NCBI GenBank assembly: GCA_963716395.1
Contig: OY970309.1
Span: 3,008,001-3,072,000, forward strand
DNA from: an uncultured Fibrobacteria bacterium
Lineage (GTDB): Bacteria; Fibrobacterota; Fibrobacteria; UBA11236
Direction of reading: 5' to 3'
DNA length: 64,000 nt
In this document: positions 11,636-21,792 of the stretch, one piece after another
How the letters are laid out: each line of letters begins with the position of its first letter
Position numbering within the stretch: the first letter of the stretch is position 1
Program-made: the position numbers and the translations under genes
The notes under the pieces: model-generated
The model's input: the letters and a program-made list of their open reading frames with translations, nothing else
Database searches by the model: none
What the model was told of the DNA's origin: nothing

Positions 11636-12238
11636 TTACGGCACTTCGCCCGCTCCTACGCGCATCACCTCCGGTTCGCCCTCAACCAGGCGGATCACCG
11701 TGGTGGGGGTGATGGCCACCGGACCCAAATCCGCCACCACGCCGACGGCATGCCCGAACACCGCGTCGATGTCGGCGGGGTCGATGAAATTTTCGTCTTC
11801 CTGGATTTTGGCCGCGGTGGTCAGCAGCACGCAATCGGGTTTGAGGCGAAACAGGGCGTCGCCGAAGGCGCAGGCGGGCATGCGCACGCCGATTTCGGGA
11901 CGGTTGACGTCGAGGATTTTTTTTCCGCGCACCGTGGCCGGCAAAATGAAGGTGTAGGGCCCCGGTACCAGTTTTTTCATGTAGCGGTAGGTGGCGTTCT
12001 CGATGCGCGCGAATTCGGTGACCGCGCCAAAGTCGCGCACCATCAACGCCATGAGATATTTCTTCATGGCCCGCTTCAGGTGATAAAGCTTGTGCACCGC
12101 GGCTTTATTGAGCGCGTCGCAGCCCAGCGAATATCCCGAATCGGTGGGGTAGACCGCCACTTCGCCGCGCGCGAAAACTTCAATGACCTTGCGCACCAGG
12201 CGCGCTTGCGGCGTCTGGGGATGCATTTCCAAGCGCAT
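11636..12238 (-). CDS. Sua5/YrdC/YciO-family protein (threonylcarbamoyl-AMP synthase fold)
   Basis: HPQTPQ N-terminus, YPTDSGY, PGPYTFIL, IGVRMP. Confidence 0.85.
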   Translation of the reverse strand: MRLEMHPQTPQARLVRKVIEVFARGEVAVYPTDSGYSLGCDALNKAAVHKLYHLKRAMKKYLMALMVRDFGAVTEFARIENATYRYMKKLVPGPYTFILPATVRGKKILDVNRPEIGVRMPACAFGDALFRLKPDCVLLTTAAKIQEDENFIDPADIDAVFGHAVGVVADLGPVAITPTTVIRLVEGEPEVMRVGAGEVP

Positions 12239-12241
12239 GGA

Positions 12242-12634
12242 TCAAGTGTAATAGGCCGCGGCCTCGGGCAGAAAGGCATGCGGAATGTGCCGGATTTCGG
12301 CGCCGCCCGCCTCGCGGTCGAGATCGATGCCGATGACATCGAAGCGCATGGGCCGTTGCGCTTCGCCGTGCTGAAGGCAATAGCCCTGGGCCAGCTTTTG
12401 CAGTTGCCGTTGTTTGCGCGGCGTGACCCATTCCGCGGGGTCGCCGGCCGACGCGCTCCGGCGGGCCTTTACTTCGACGAATACCAAATCGCCCTCGGGG
12501 GCTTCGACGATCAGGTCGATTTCGCCGCGCCGGAAGCGAAAATTGCGATCGCGCAAACAGTAACCGCGCTGCGTCAGGTAACGCAACGCCAGGTCTTCTC
12601 CCCGTGTACCGGCGGCGCGGCGGGATTCACTCAT
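12242..12634 (-). CDS. yraN: YraN-family putative endonuclease
   Basis: GTRGEDLA, GEIDLI, LVFVEVKAR, RFDVI. Confidence 0.9.
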   Translation of the reverse strand: MSESRRAAGTRGEDLALRYLTQRGYCLRDRNFRFRRGEIDLIVEAPEGDLVFVEVKARRSASAGDPAEWVTPRKQRQLQKLAQGYCLQHGEAQRPMRFDVIGIDLDREAGGAEIRHIPHAFLPEAAAYYT

Positions 12635-14081
12635 AGCGCAGGCCCAGCACGCGCAATTCCCGCACCTTGGGCAAGGCGTTGCCGCGGGTCAGAAAACGCA
12701 GGGTGAGGGAATGCGCCACCCGGCCCTGCAGCAGCAGGGTTTGCGGGGCGCCGGTTCCTTCCAACGGGTAACGCAGAGGTTTCTGGCCGTCGAGGTTGAC
12801 TTCGACCGCCGTCGGAAACCCCGAAGCTTCGCCCGGCCCGGCCGGCATGCCGGTTTCGAGATACAAGGCCTGCAGCGCGCAGTCCGATCCCAAATCCAGC
12901 GTCAGGGTGCCGCTCGGCTGAGCAGGCGACCAGTAGGTTTTCCGATTTCCGTCCCAAAGATTGGCTTCCGCCAGCGGAGAGCCGGCGGCATCGACCCCGG
13001 AGAGACCCTGCGTGCGCACCGGTCGCAACCAGGTCAAAGTATCGGGCCGTTTGCGCAGGGTGAGCGTTTGCCACACCAGCAGTCCCGTGGTGACGGCCAA
13101 GAGCGCCAGGGCGCCGATCAGCAGCGGCCGCGGCGACGCGCTTTCCCCCGACCAGCGGCGTTCCCCTTCCCGTCGATCGGTGATCCGTTGTTCCGGCTCC
13201 GCCGCGGCCTTGGTTAGCAGGCCCGCGGTCGATACGTGCACTGTGTCGAGATCGTGCAGCAATTCATCGGCGCTGCGATAGCGTTCCTCTTTTTTCTTCT
13301 TCAGGCATTTGGCCACGATCAGTTCGAGCCGGGGCGGCAACCCCGAACGCACCTTGCCCAACAGCGGCGGGGTTTCATGCACCTGTTTAAAGGCCACGGC
13401 CAGGGGTGTTTCGGCGCGAAAGGGCGGTTCGCCGGTCAGCATTTCGAACAGGACCGCACCCAGCGAGTACAAGTCGCTTTGCGCATCGACCACGCCGCCT
13501 TCACATTGTTCGGGCGCCATATACTCCGGCGTACCCAGGGCCATGCCGGCCGTGGTCAGGCTGGGAGAATCCACCACCTTGGCGATGCCGAAGTCCGAGA
13601 TGTACGCTTTGTCGCCCGCCTCTACCATGATGTTGCCCGACTTGATGTCGCGGTGCACCACGTCGGCGGCGTGCGCGTATTTGAGTCCGCGGCAAATCTG
13701 CTTGGTGAGGTTGATGACGCGGCCGTAATCCAGGGGGTATTGGCTGCGCACCAGGCGGCTCAACGTCATGCCCTGGATGAATTGCATGGCGATGAATTTC
13801 TGCCCGCTCTCTTCGCCGTAATCGTAAAGCGTGACGATGTTCTGATGCTGGAGGCGCGAAATGGCGTAAGCTTCGGCGAAGAAGCGTTCGGAATAGCCTT
13901 CGCTGCGTGCCAATTGCGGCGGCAGAATTTTCAAAGCCACCGGCCGGTCCAAGCCGACGTGCACGGCTTTGTACACGTCGCCCATGCCGCCGGTGCCGAG
14001 ATGTTCGAGAATGATGTATTGGCCGAACCGTTTTTCCAGCATCCCGGCGGGGGCCCCGCCTTGAACGGCTTGGGACTCCAT
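12627..14081 (-). CDS. Membrane Ser/Thr protein kinase with extracytoplasmic discoidin/F5-8-like domain
   Basis: GTGGMG, VALK, HRDIKSGN, DFG, GTPEYMAPE; one TM helix; C-terminal LWDGNRKTYW...LTLDLG...ELRV pattern. Confidence 0.88.
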   Translation of the reverse strand: MESQAVQGGAPAGMLEKRFGQYIILEHLGTGGMGDVYKAVHVGLDRPVALKILPPQLARSEGYSERFFAEAYAISRLQHQNIVTLYDYGEESGQKFIAMQFIQGMTLSRLVRSQYPLDYGRVINLTKQICRGLKYAHAADVVHRDIKSGNIMVEAGDKAYISDFGIAKVVDSPSLTTAGMALGTPEYMAPEQCEGGVVDAQSDLYSLGAVLFEMLTGEPPFRAETPLAVAFKQVHETPPLLGKVRSGLPPRLELIVAKCLKKKKEERYRSADELLHDLDTVHVSTAGLLTKAAAEPEQRITDRREGERRWSGESASPRPLLIGALALLAVTTGLLVWQTLTLRKRPDTLTWLRPVRTQGLSGVDAAGSPLAEANLWDGNRKTYWSPAQPSGTLTLDLGSDCALQALYLETGMPAGPGEASGFPTAVEVNLDGQKPLRYPLEGTGAPQTLLLQGRVAHSLTLRFLTRGNALPKVRELRVLGLRYE

Positions 14082-14166
14082 CAGGGGATTCGGGACGGGA
14101 AGAATTCCATATTACTTCCAAATTATAGAATACCCGCGCGGCGCGCTTCCCGCGTTTTCTACGCGG

Positions 14167-15372
14167 TTACGCTGCGGAAACGAGCGCGGCCAGCCCTTGC
14201 TCCAGGCGATCGAAGGCCATGTCGAGGTAAGACAACGGGTTGGCGAAGGAGAGGCGGAGATAGCCTTCGCGGCCGAAACCCACGCCCGGCACCACGGCCA
14301 AATCCCAAACTTCGAGCAGGTATTCCGCCAAAGCCAGGGAACCGTCGATGCGACGGCCGTCGACCATCGCGGGCAGCAGTTGTTCCACCGACACGAAGAC
14401 ATAAAAGGCGCCGGCCGGATCGACCCAGGTTACATGCGGGATACGGTGCAGGCGTTGCAAGGCGAGATCGCGCGCGTCCTGATAATGTCGCCGCGCGGCC
14501 GGCAGAATTTCGGCGCTCGCCTGCAGGCAGGCCAGACCGGCGTATTGGCTCAAGGTCGAGGGGTGATGCGCGGCATGGCTTTGCGCGGCCCGCATGGCGC
14601 GCGACCAGGCCGCGGGCGCGGCCACATAACCGAGCCGCCAGCCCGGCATGGCGAAAGCCTTGGAAAAGCCGTTCACGGTGGCGGTGCGCGCGTGCAGCTC
14701 CGGCGTCAGGGCCGCGGGGCTGTGGTGGCGCGCGCCGTCGAACAGGATGTGCTCGTAGATCTCGTCGGAGATTACGTACAGATCGCGCTCCACCACGATG
14801 CGGCCCAAGGCGGCGAGTTCCCCGGCGCTATACACGGCGCCGGTGGGGTTGCCGGGCGAATTCAGCAGCAGTAATTTTGTTCGATTCGTAACGGATTTTT
14901 CCAAATCTTCCGGCCTGAGCTTGAAACCCGCTTCGGGCCGCGTGGGCAGCGCCACGGGAAGGCCGCCCACCAGGCGCACGGCTTCGGGGTAGGTGACCCA
15001 ATACGGTTCGGGAATCAACACTTCGTCGCCGGGATTGAGTGCGGCCAGCAACGCCAGGAATATGGCCTGCTTGGCGCCCGCCGTAATCAGAATTTCGGCG
15101 GGGGAATAGTCGATGCCGTTTTCGCTGTGGAATTTCCGGCTCAAGGCCGCGCGCAATTCCGGCAGTCCGGCCATGTGGGAATAGCGCGTGCGGCCCTGTT
15201 GCGCGGCGGCGACGGCCGCGGCCACCCCGGCTTGGGGCGCGGGGAGATCGGGCTCGCCGGCGCCTAGACTCAACACGGGTTTGCCTTGGGCCAGCAACTC
15301 CTTGTACCGCGCATCCATGGCCACGGTGGGCGAGGGGGCGATGGCAAGCGCGCGCTGCGACAAGGGTTGCAT
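14167..15372 (-). CDS. Class I PLP-dependent aminotransferase (aspartate aminotransferase-like)
   Basis: GEPD, NSPGNPTG, SDEIY, GFSKAFAMPGWRLG. Confidence 0.92.
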   Translation of the reverse strand: MQPLSQRALAIAPSPTVAMDARYKELLAQGKPVLSLGAGEPDLPAPQAGVAAAVAAAQQGRTRYSHMAGLPELRAALSRKFHSENGIDYSPAEILITAGAKQAIFLALLAALNPGDEVLIPEPYWVTYPEAVRLVGGLPVALPTRPEAGFKLRPEDLEKSVTNRTKLLLLNSPGNPTGAVYSAGELAALGRIVVERDLYVISDEIYEHILFDGARHHSPAALTPELHARTATVNGFSKAFAMPGWRLGYVAAPAAWSRAMRAAQSHAAHHPSTLSQYAGLACLQASAEILPAARRHYQDARDLALQRLHRIPHVTWVDPAGAFYVFVSVEQLLPAMVDGRRIDGSLALAEYLLEVWDLAVVPGVGFGREGYLRLSFANPLSYLDMAFDRLEQGLAALVSAA

Positions 15373-15377
15373 GGGGT

Positions 15378-16622
15378 TTACGAGAGACCTTGCAGGCGTT
15401 CGCGGGGAGCCAAGCGTAGAAAGCGCCACAGCGGCAGCAGCGACGCGCCCACGGTGAAGGCCAGGGCCAGAATCCAAACCGGTCCGCTTTGCCACAGATG
15501 CGAAGGCATGTCCTGCGGCGAAGGCAGGTCGGAGCCCAATAAATTGCGCACCAACGGGAATAAGATTCCGTCGCCCAGTGCGCCCGCCGCGCAGGCCGCG
15601 ACGCCCAGACCCAGGCCCTGATAAAGTAAAATGTTACGCAGATCGCGTTTTTGAAAACCCAGGGCGCGCAGCAGCGCCAGTTGCCGAAACTGGGCTTCGA
15701 AGCGGCCGGCCAGGAGTCCGGCCGTGGACACGGCGCCCAGGACGAGAAGCAAACCCAGAACCACCGCTCCCATGGCCCGGCCGGTGCCGGTGAGGTTTTG
15801 TAGGCGGCGATAGGCCTGCGCCACCGGCGTGACCTGCGCCACGGTGCGCTGGTTGATGAGGCTTTGCAACGCGGTCAAACCATGCGGCTGCAAATACACG
15901 ATCATGTAGTGCAACACGAAACGCCCCCACGGCGTTTGTCCGTCGGGCAGGGCATGTTCGAACATGCGGTAGCCCTGGGTCACTTCGGTGAACAAAGCCC
16001 GGTCCCACACATTGCCCATGGACTGGAGAATGCCGGAGACGCGGAAGGAATAGGGCAGAATGGAAATGCCGCCCGGTCCGTCGGCGGTCCAGGGAAAAAC
16101 CAGCAGCGAGTCGCCCACGCGCAAATGTTCGCGGCGTGCCACCTGCGCGCCCAACACCACGGCGGCCGAAGCCGGATCCCAGGCGCCTTGGGCCAGCCGC
16201 ACCGCGGGGCCGGGCGCGGGTTGCTGCAGAAAGGCCTGCGTGGTGCCGATGACGCGATAGCGTTTGTACTTGCCGCAATACAGAATGGGCACGGCCAGGC
16301 GTAGAAAACGGGTGTTGACTTCCTGATCGCTGAAGCCGATTTTTTCCTGATTGATGAGGGATTGATACAGGCGCAGCGGAATGAAATCGGGATACGGTCC
16401 TTCGAGGTTGAGGCATCCCAGTAACATCTCGGTTTCTCCGGCTTTGCCGCCGACCAGAGCGTCGCCGGCCAGGGCCATGCGCCCGAAGCGGCCCTGCGCC
16501 ACGCGCCCCAACCGAAACAAAAGGCCCGCGCCGGCAACCATGAGGGTCAGCGTGCCCCACAGCAGCACGGTGGCGGTTTTGCGGCGCGCCAATTCCAGCC
16601 AGGCCAGGCGCCACAGGGTCAT
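15378..16622 (-). CDS. ABC transporter permease (MacB/FtsX/LolE-like)
   Basis: N-terminal TM, large periplasmic domain (VVLGAQVA...LRVGD), LALLRALG and three C-terminal TMs; overlaps the ATPase stop (ATGA). Confidence 0.85.
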   Translation of the reverse strand: MTLWRLAWLELARRKTATVLLWGTLTLMVAGAGLLFRLGRVAQGRFGRMALAGDALVGGKAGETEMLLGCLNLEGPYPDFIPLRLYQSLINQEKIGFSDQEVNTRFLRLAVPILYCGKYKRYRVIGTTQAFLQQPAPGPAVRLAQGAWDPASAAVVLGAQVARREHLRVGDSLLVFPWTADGPGGISILPYSFRVSGILQSMGNVWDRALFTEVTQGYRMFEHALPDGQTPWGRFVLHYMIVYLQPHGLTALQSLINQRTVAQVTPVAQAYRRLQNLTGTGRAMGAVVLGLLLVLGAVSTAGLLAGRFEAQFRQLALLRALGFQKRDLRNILLYQGLGLGVAACAAGALGDGILFPLVRNLLGSDLPSPQDMPSHLWQSGPVWILALAFTVGASLLPLWRFLRLAPRERLQGLS

Positions 16623-17254
16623 GCGGTCACCAAATCGGCGAAATCCCACACGGTCTCGAAAAATCCGCGGATACGTTGATCGTGGCTGACCACCACCAGA
16701 GTTTTACCGAGGGCGGCTTTGACCAGCGCGGCCATCACGGCTTCGGCATTGGCCTGATCCAGACTGGAGGTGGGCTCGTCGGCGAGAATGACTTCGGGTT
16801 GCGCGGCCAACACGCGCGCCACGGCCGTGCGCTGCTGCTCGCCCGGACTCAAGGTAGCGGCGATTTGATCGGCTTGACGATCCAACCCCAATGCCATCAA
16901 GGCTTCGTCGGCGCGCGCGCGCGGGGCCGGGGGAGTCAAGCCCAGCAGCACGTTTTCCCGGGCCGTGAGATGATCGATCAGATTCAGCCTTTGAAACACG
17001 ATGCCGAAGCGGTGGTGCCGCAGGCGGCAGATTTCTTCTTCGCCTCCTCCGTCTTGTAGCGGAACAAAGGTCACGCTCCCGCGCTCGGGCCGGAACTGCC
17101 CGGCCAAAAGGTGCAGCAAGGTGGTTTTGCCGCGGCCGCTGGGGCCGTGAATCAATATGCGTGCTCCCGCAGGAATGGTAAGCGAAGCGATGGAAAAGAG
17201 CGGCGTGTTCCGGCCGGGCACGCGCACTTCGATGTGAGAAAGGGTAATGTCCAT
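16619..17254 (-). CDS. ABC transporter ATP-binding protein (LolD-like)
   Basis: Walker A GPSGRGKT, signature LSPGEQQR, ILADEPT, VSHD. Confidence 0.92.
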   Translation of the reverse strand: MDITLSHIEVRVPGRNTPLFSIASLTIPAGARILIHGPSGRGKTTLLHLLAGQFRPERGSVTFVPLQDGGGEEEICRLRHHRFGIVFQRLNLIDHLTARENVLLGLTPPAPRARADEALMALGLDRQADQIAATLSPGEQQRTAVARVLAAQPEVILADEPTSSLDQANAEAVMAALVKAALGKTLVVVSHDQRIRGFFETVWDFADLVTA

Positions 17255-17287
17255 GGGTTCGGCATCCGGGCCGCGGAAGCCAAAGTA

Positions 17288-17947
17288 TTAATGCAGCGAC
17301 ACAATACGGCCCAGCACATTGCGCAGATCGGCGATTTCATAGCGGGCCTTCGGACCGCGCGCCGATACGAAAACCGATCGAGGCCGCCACAGGGCCACGG
17401 GAGAAGGCTGCACATTGAGCGTGGCCCCGCTTCCGCCGGCAAGGCTGTCGAGTTGCTGCCGCCAATCGAGCAGTTGGATGGCCGAGAGCGTGAAATGCGC
17501 CGCGCCGGCCGCCTTGGGTTGAAATTCGATCAGCGCCAGCAGGCCGCCGCCATTCGGCGCCTGCGCCGAATCCGCCTGGGTCAAGGTGTTGGCGATGGAG
17601 ATCTGGGTGGAGTCATGGCGCGCGATTTGTCCCACGAATCCGGCCGTAGCGCCGCCTGGGCCGGTAAGAAAATTCACCCAACCCGCCGGAATCGAATCGG
17701 GCCGTGCCTGCACAAAGACCAGGCGGGCCGTGTCATACCCGAGGTTGAAACCGTAGCCGGCCAGACCTTGGGCGGAATCGATGCGCACCACAATCCAAAC
17801 CGCGCTGTCGACCGCAGCGGTTCCGGTAGAATCTACCGCAATTGTGGCCGGAGCCAAATCCACCGCCAGCACGGCGCCGGCGTTGGGTCCGGCCAGCGCG
17901 GCGGAGGCGCACAACGTCAGCAAGCAACTGATAGGTTTCGGTATCAT
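17288..17947 (-). CDS. Secreted cohesin-domain protein
   Basis: Signal peptide from ATG 17947; LAGYGFNLGYDTARLVFV and GGGLLALIEF cohesin-like motifs; C-terminal tail ending RNVLGR. Confidence 0.7.
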   Translation of the reverse strand: MIPKPISCLLTLCASAALAGPNAGAVLAVDLAPATIAVDSTGTAAVDSAVWIVVRIDSAQGLAGYGFNLGYDTARLVFVQARPDSIPAGWVNFLTGPGGATAGFVGQIARHDSTQISIANTLTQADSAQAPNGGGLLALIEFQPKAAGAAHFTLSAIQLLDWRQQLDSLAGGSGATLNVQPSPVALWRPRSVFVSARGPKARYEIADLRNVLGRIVSLH

Positions 17948-20900
17948 TCCTGCAACCCCCAGCTTTGGGCCATGTCGGAGAAGTCTTTGACATCGATGCG
18001 TTCGGAAGCGCCGTCGATCCAAAGGTTGTACGCGTCCGACCAATCCGCATCGCCGTCCTGCGCGCCCCAATGCATTAGCAACAAATCGCGATCCGCAGCG
18101 TCGACCCGCAAATCGCCGTTGAGGTCGCCGCGCAGATGCGCCGCGCAGGAGACCAGGGGCCGGCCCGGTTCGGCCAGCAGCAACCGCGGCAAGCCGGTGG
18201 CGGGAATCCACACCGACAGCGCGCAGGCCGCGCAGGCCTGGCCGCGTCCAGCCACGTTCAGCCAGCGGCTTTGCAGGGCGTCGCGATAACCGGCTCCCAG
18301 CGCACGCAAAGGCCGGAAGGCCAGCAACGAGTCGGCGAAGATTAGGTCTTTGACGCCGTCGCCGCTGACATCGAGCAAGAGCGGCACGCCGAAGGCGGAC
18401 GGCGCGGTTAGCGATGCCCCCGAATCGCTTTGCACTTCCACCGGCGACGGACTGAGGGCGGGAGTGGAGGCCGTGCCGGTATTGCGGTACACGAACAAGC
18501 CTTGTCCCGACGAGTGAATCCACAAATCGGGCAGGCCGTCGCCGTCCCAATCCTCGGCCCAGACCTGCAAAGTTTCACCCGAGCGCGTGACCAAGGTTTG
18601 GCTTCGGGTGAATCCCGAATCAGATCCGAACACCACAAAGGCGACTCCGCTCGGGGAGGTGGCGAGCAGATCCGGATAACCGTCGAAATTCCAGTCCACG
18701 AAAATGGCGGAGCGCAGATGTGGATCCAGGCCCGGGAAAAAGTTTTGGCTGGAAGCGGTGAAGCGCAAATCGCGATCGGCAACCGTGTCGTCGTTGAGCA
18801 AAACATGAATGCCCGAGGGCGCGAACAAGACCAAGTCTTCTTGGCCGTCGAGATTGACGTCGCCCACGGCGGCGACCGTGCTGTCCGGAACCGTGAAGGG
18901 ATTGCCGTCGATGAGCAAGGTGTCGGCCGATCCGAAGCGCAGGGGAATGGAGGGCTGCATGGCCACGCGCCGCAACACCGTGGAGTCGGCCAGAGCCTTC
19001 ACGGCGAAGTGCACGGTGCGCAGGCCGCGCCGAGCCGCGGCAAAGGTGTACCACCCGGGGGTCAGAATATTGATGTCCACCGAGTCCTGGCCCAGCCGGG
19101 CGCTTTCATAGGGTCCGGCCGGCATGGCCAAAAAGTCGGTGCCGGCCGAGTCGGCCACCAGCCGGATGCTGCCGAGGCCGGCATGGGCGCTGATGACCTG
19201 AATCGAAACCGTGTCGGTGTCGGCCAGCATTCCATCCGAAGCGACGAAACGTACGCGATACAGGCCCGTGTCGCCCGCGGCCGGTGTGCCCGAATAGGTT
19301 GCGGCTTGCAGCGAAGCCCAGGCCGGGCTGTTGACCGCCGACAAGGCCACGGCGTCGCCGTCGGGATCGGAAACCGAAAGCGAAAACGACAGCAAGGTGC
19401 CGACGCGCACGGTTTGGGGCGGCACCGCGACGAGGACAGGCGGTCGGTCGACGTTGATCACGTGCACGGCCACGGTGTCGGTGTCGGCGAGAATGCCGTC
19501 TGAAGCCGTGAAGCGCAGTACATAGGATCCCGAATCGGAATAGCCCGGCGTCCAGGTGAATACGCTGTCGAGCAGAGACGATCCCGGCGGCGGATTCGCG
19601 AGGTCGAAAGCGATGGCATCGCCGTCGGCATCGGTGGCATGCAGGGTCAGCGTCAGGGTTGCGGTTTCGAACACCGCCGTATCGGGCAAGCGGGCCAGCA
19701 TGGGCGCCTGATCCGGCAACGCCCGCAAGGCCTGGTAGGCATTCAAACGCCCAAATCCATATTCATGGTTTTGGCCGCCGTCCACTGCTCCGGAATAGAC
19801 GACGCCTCCCACCTTGTCGCAGGTTGTGCGCATCACGTCCAGGACCTCATCGCGGGTCAAAGCCGAATCCCGCGACAGCACCAGGGCCGCAATGCCCGCC
19901 GCCAGCGGACAGGCCGCCGAGGTGCCGCCGAAGGCCTGGTCGTAATCGCCGGACACATAGCCGGCCGCGCCCGTGCGATCCGTGGTGGTCACCCAATCCC
20001 AGACGCCGTTGCTGGGAGCCAGAAAATCCACGGTCTTACCCGTTCCCGCGGCGTTGTACTGGCTGTAACCGATGCGGAAATCGAATTCCGAGGAGGCGCC
20101 GACCGCAATGGCACTGTCGGCCGAGGCCGGAAAGCTCACGGTGTCGACCTTGGTGTCGATGGTGCCGGCAATTCCGATGGATTTTTGGACATTTCCCAGG
20201 CTGTCGTAAAAGCGCACCAGCAACGAATCGCCGATTTGGTCGGATCGGTGCAGCATGAAGGCCACGAGGTCGCCGGAGTTGAAGGCGCGCAAGGGCAGGC
20301 GCAATTCCGAGGCGGCACCATTCGCCAAACCCGAAGCCGAACACGCCGCCCGTTGATCGCCGGTGCCGGAATAAAAATCCGAACTGTCGAGGGTCCACGC
20401 CGGCGTGCCGTTGGAGTCCCAGTCGGCGGGAATTCCGTCGGCAAAAGTTTCCAAGACGGAGGGCAACACCGAAGTCGAAAGGCCGAGATCATCGATGCAA
20501 ACGCGCTCTTCTCCCGCGCTTCCCGTGGCTTGGCGTTGCAAGCGAAATCCGATTTGGTACGATCCGGCCGGAATACCGTAGGAAGACAGCGCGATGCCGG
20601 CGGGGAGAAAATCGCTGGCGTCGTTACCTGCCGCGAAGAACACCAAAGACCCCTTGCCGTTGCGACCCAAAACGCTGGCATCGCGGATGGCCGAGGCCAT
20701 GGTGTTGGACGCCGGGTTTAAGCCCCAACTGTCGGAGAGCACGGGGCAATTCACCGTGTCGGCGGCCCAGCGGATGGCCTGGGCGATGGTTGTGGTGGAA
20801 ATCCACAAGTTGCCGGCCAAAATTTTCACCGGCAGGATTTTCACCTTGGGCGCCACGCCGCTGATGCCGATGAAGTTGTTGCCCACTGCGGCTGCAACGC

Positions 20901-21792
20901 CGGCCACGGCGGTGCCGTGGTTGTCCGAGGCCGAGTCGGGATTCGGGTCATTGCCAGGCGGCCAGGTTCCGCTCATATAGTTGCGGCCGCCGGTTTTGAT
21001 ATTGGCCGCCAAATCCGGATGGGTGGTTTGCACGCCGTCGTCGAGGATGGCGATGGTGATGGAAGAGTCGCCTTGGGTGAGGTTCCAGGCCGAATCCGCA
21101 TGCACGCTGGCGCCCGCCACGCCGTCACCGAATGGATCGACATTGCGCAAATTCATCTGCTGGTTGAACAGCGAATCGTCGGGAATGAATTCCTTGCGCG
21201 GCGGAAAAAGCATTTCGGGTTCGACCCAGGCGAGATCCGGCTCCTGCGCCAGTTGTGCCGACAGGGCCAGCGGGTCTTGCGTGGGGTCGAGCAGGGCGAA
21301 TAAAAAGGTGGTATTGCTTTCCGGCCCCACGAAGCGCAAACCATGCTGTTGCGCCCAGCGCGGCAAGGCCGCTTCGGCCGGCGCATCCCGCCAGCATACC
21401 GTCAGGCGATCGGTGGCCGTGAACTCGACCCGGTTGCGCGGGTCATACAAGATGGGTCGGGTGAAGGCGACGCGCGGATCGGCGCGCAGCAGCGTATCCA
21501 ATCCCGCCGCGGGGTAGCGGATGCCGGACGGAAAGCGGAGGGCGGTGATCTCTTGCGCAAGCATTCGGCTCTTGGAGAGGGTGCGGGCGCGGCCGGTCCA
21601 CCAACGGCCGGCTTTATTCCATGCTGGAGTTGCCGCAAAGGGGGTGGCATCGCTGCGCAAAAAGGCCATGACCCTGCCGGTGTTCCGGAGCACCGGCAGT
21701 TTGCGGCCTTGAAAAATCAGGGTATCACCGGCGCTTTGATATTCCTGCGCCGCATTCCAGGAAAATGCCGCCAACAGCCACACTACGGACAT
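17944..21792 (-). CDS. Multidomain subtilisin (S8) protease: prodomain, S8 with insert, two Ig/cadherin-like repeats, FG-GAP repeats, C-terminal dockerin-like domain
   Basis: Triad ILDDG / NHGTAVAG / GGTSAACP; DADGD...FTWTP and DPDGD repeats; GDVNLDG, DWNFDG, DWDGDG, DVSGDG repeats; GDLNGDLRVDAAD...IDVKDFS. The start codon is uncertain. Confidence 0.85.
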   Translation of the reverse strand: MSVVWLLAAFSWNAAQEYQSAGDTLIFQGRKLPVLRNTGRVMAFLRSDATPFAATPAWNKAGRWWTGRARTLSKSRMLAQEITALRFPSGIRYPAAGLDTLLRADPRVAFTRPILYDPRNRVEFTATDRLTVCWRDAPAEAALPRWAQQHGLRFVGPESNTTFLFALLDPTQDPLALSAQLAQEPDLAWVEPEMLFPPRKEFIPDDSLFNQQMNLRNVDPFGDGVAGASVHADSAWNLTQGDSSITIAILDDGVQTTHPDLAANIKTGGRNYMSGTWPPGNDPNPDSASDNHGTAVAGVAAAVGNNFIGISGVAPKVKILPVKILAGNLWISTTTIAQAIRWAADTVNCPVLSDSWGLNPASNTMASAIRDASVLGRNGKGSLVFFAAGNDASDFLPAGIALSSYGIPAGSYQIGFRLQRQATGSAGEERVCIDDLGLSTSVLPSVLETFADGIPADWDSNGTPAWTLDSSDFYSGTGDQRAACSASGLANGAASELRLPLRAFNSGDLVAFMLHRSDQIGDSLLVRFYDSLGNVQKSIGIAGTIDTKVDTVSFPASADSAIAVGASSEFDFRIGYSQYNAAGTGKTVDFLAPSNGVWDWVTTTDRTGAAGYVSGDYDQAFGGTSAACPLAAGIAALVLSRDSALTRDEVLDVMRTTCDKVGGVVYSGAVDGGQNHEYGFGRLNAYQALRALPDQAPMLARLPDTAVFETATLTLTLHATDADGDAIAFDLANPPPGSSLLDSVFTWTPGYSDSGSYVLRFTASDGILADTDTVAVHVINVDRPPVLVAVPPQTVRVGTLLSFSLSVSDPDGDAVALSAVNSPAWASLQAATYSGTPAAGDTGLYRVRFVASDGMLADTDTVSIQVISAHAGLGSIRLVADSAGTDFLAMPAGPYESARLGQDSVDINILTPGWYTFAAARRGLRTVHFAVKALADSTVLRRVAMQPSIPLRFGSADTLLIDGNPFTVPDSTVAAVGDVNLDGQEDLVLFAPSGIHVLLNDDTVADRDLRFTASSQNFFPGLDPHLRSAIFVDWNFDGYPDLLATSPSGVAFVVFGSDSGFTRSQTLVTRSGETLQVWAEDWDGDGLPDLWIHSSGQGLFVYRNTGTASTPALSPSPVEVQSDSGASLTAPSAFGVPLLLDVSGDGVKDLIFADSLLAFRPLRALGAGYRDALQSRWLNVAGRGQACAACALSVWIPATGLPRLLLAEPGRPLVSCAAHLRGDLNGDLRVDAADRDLLLMHWGAQDGDADWSDAYNLWIDGASERIDVKDFSDMAQSWGLQE

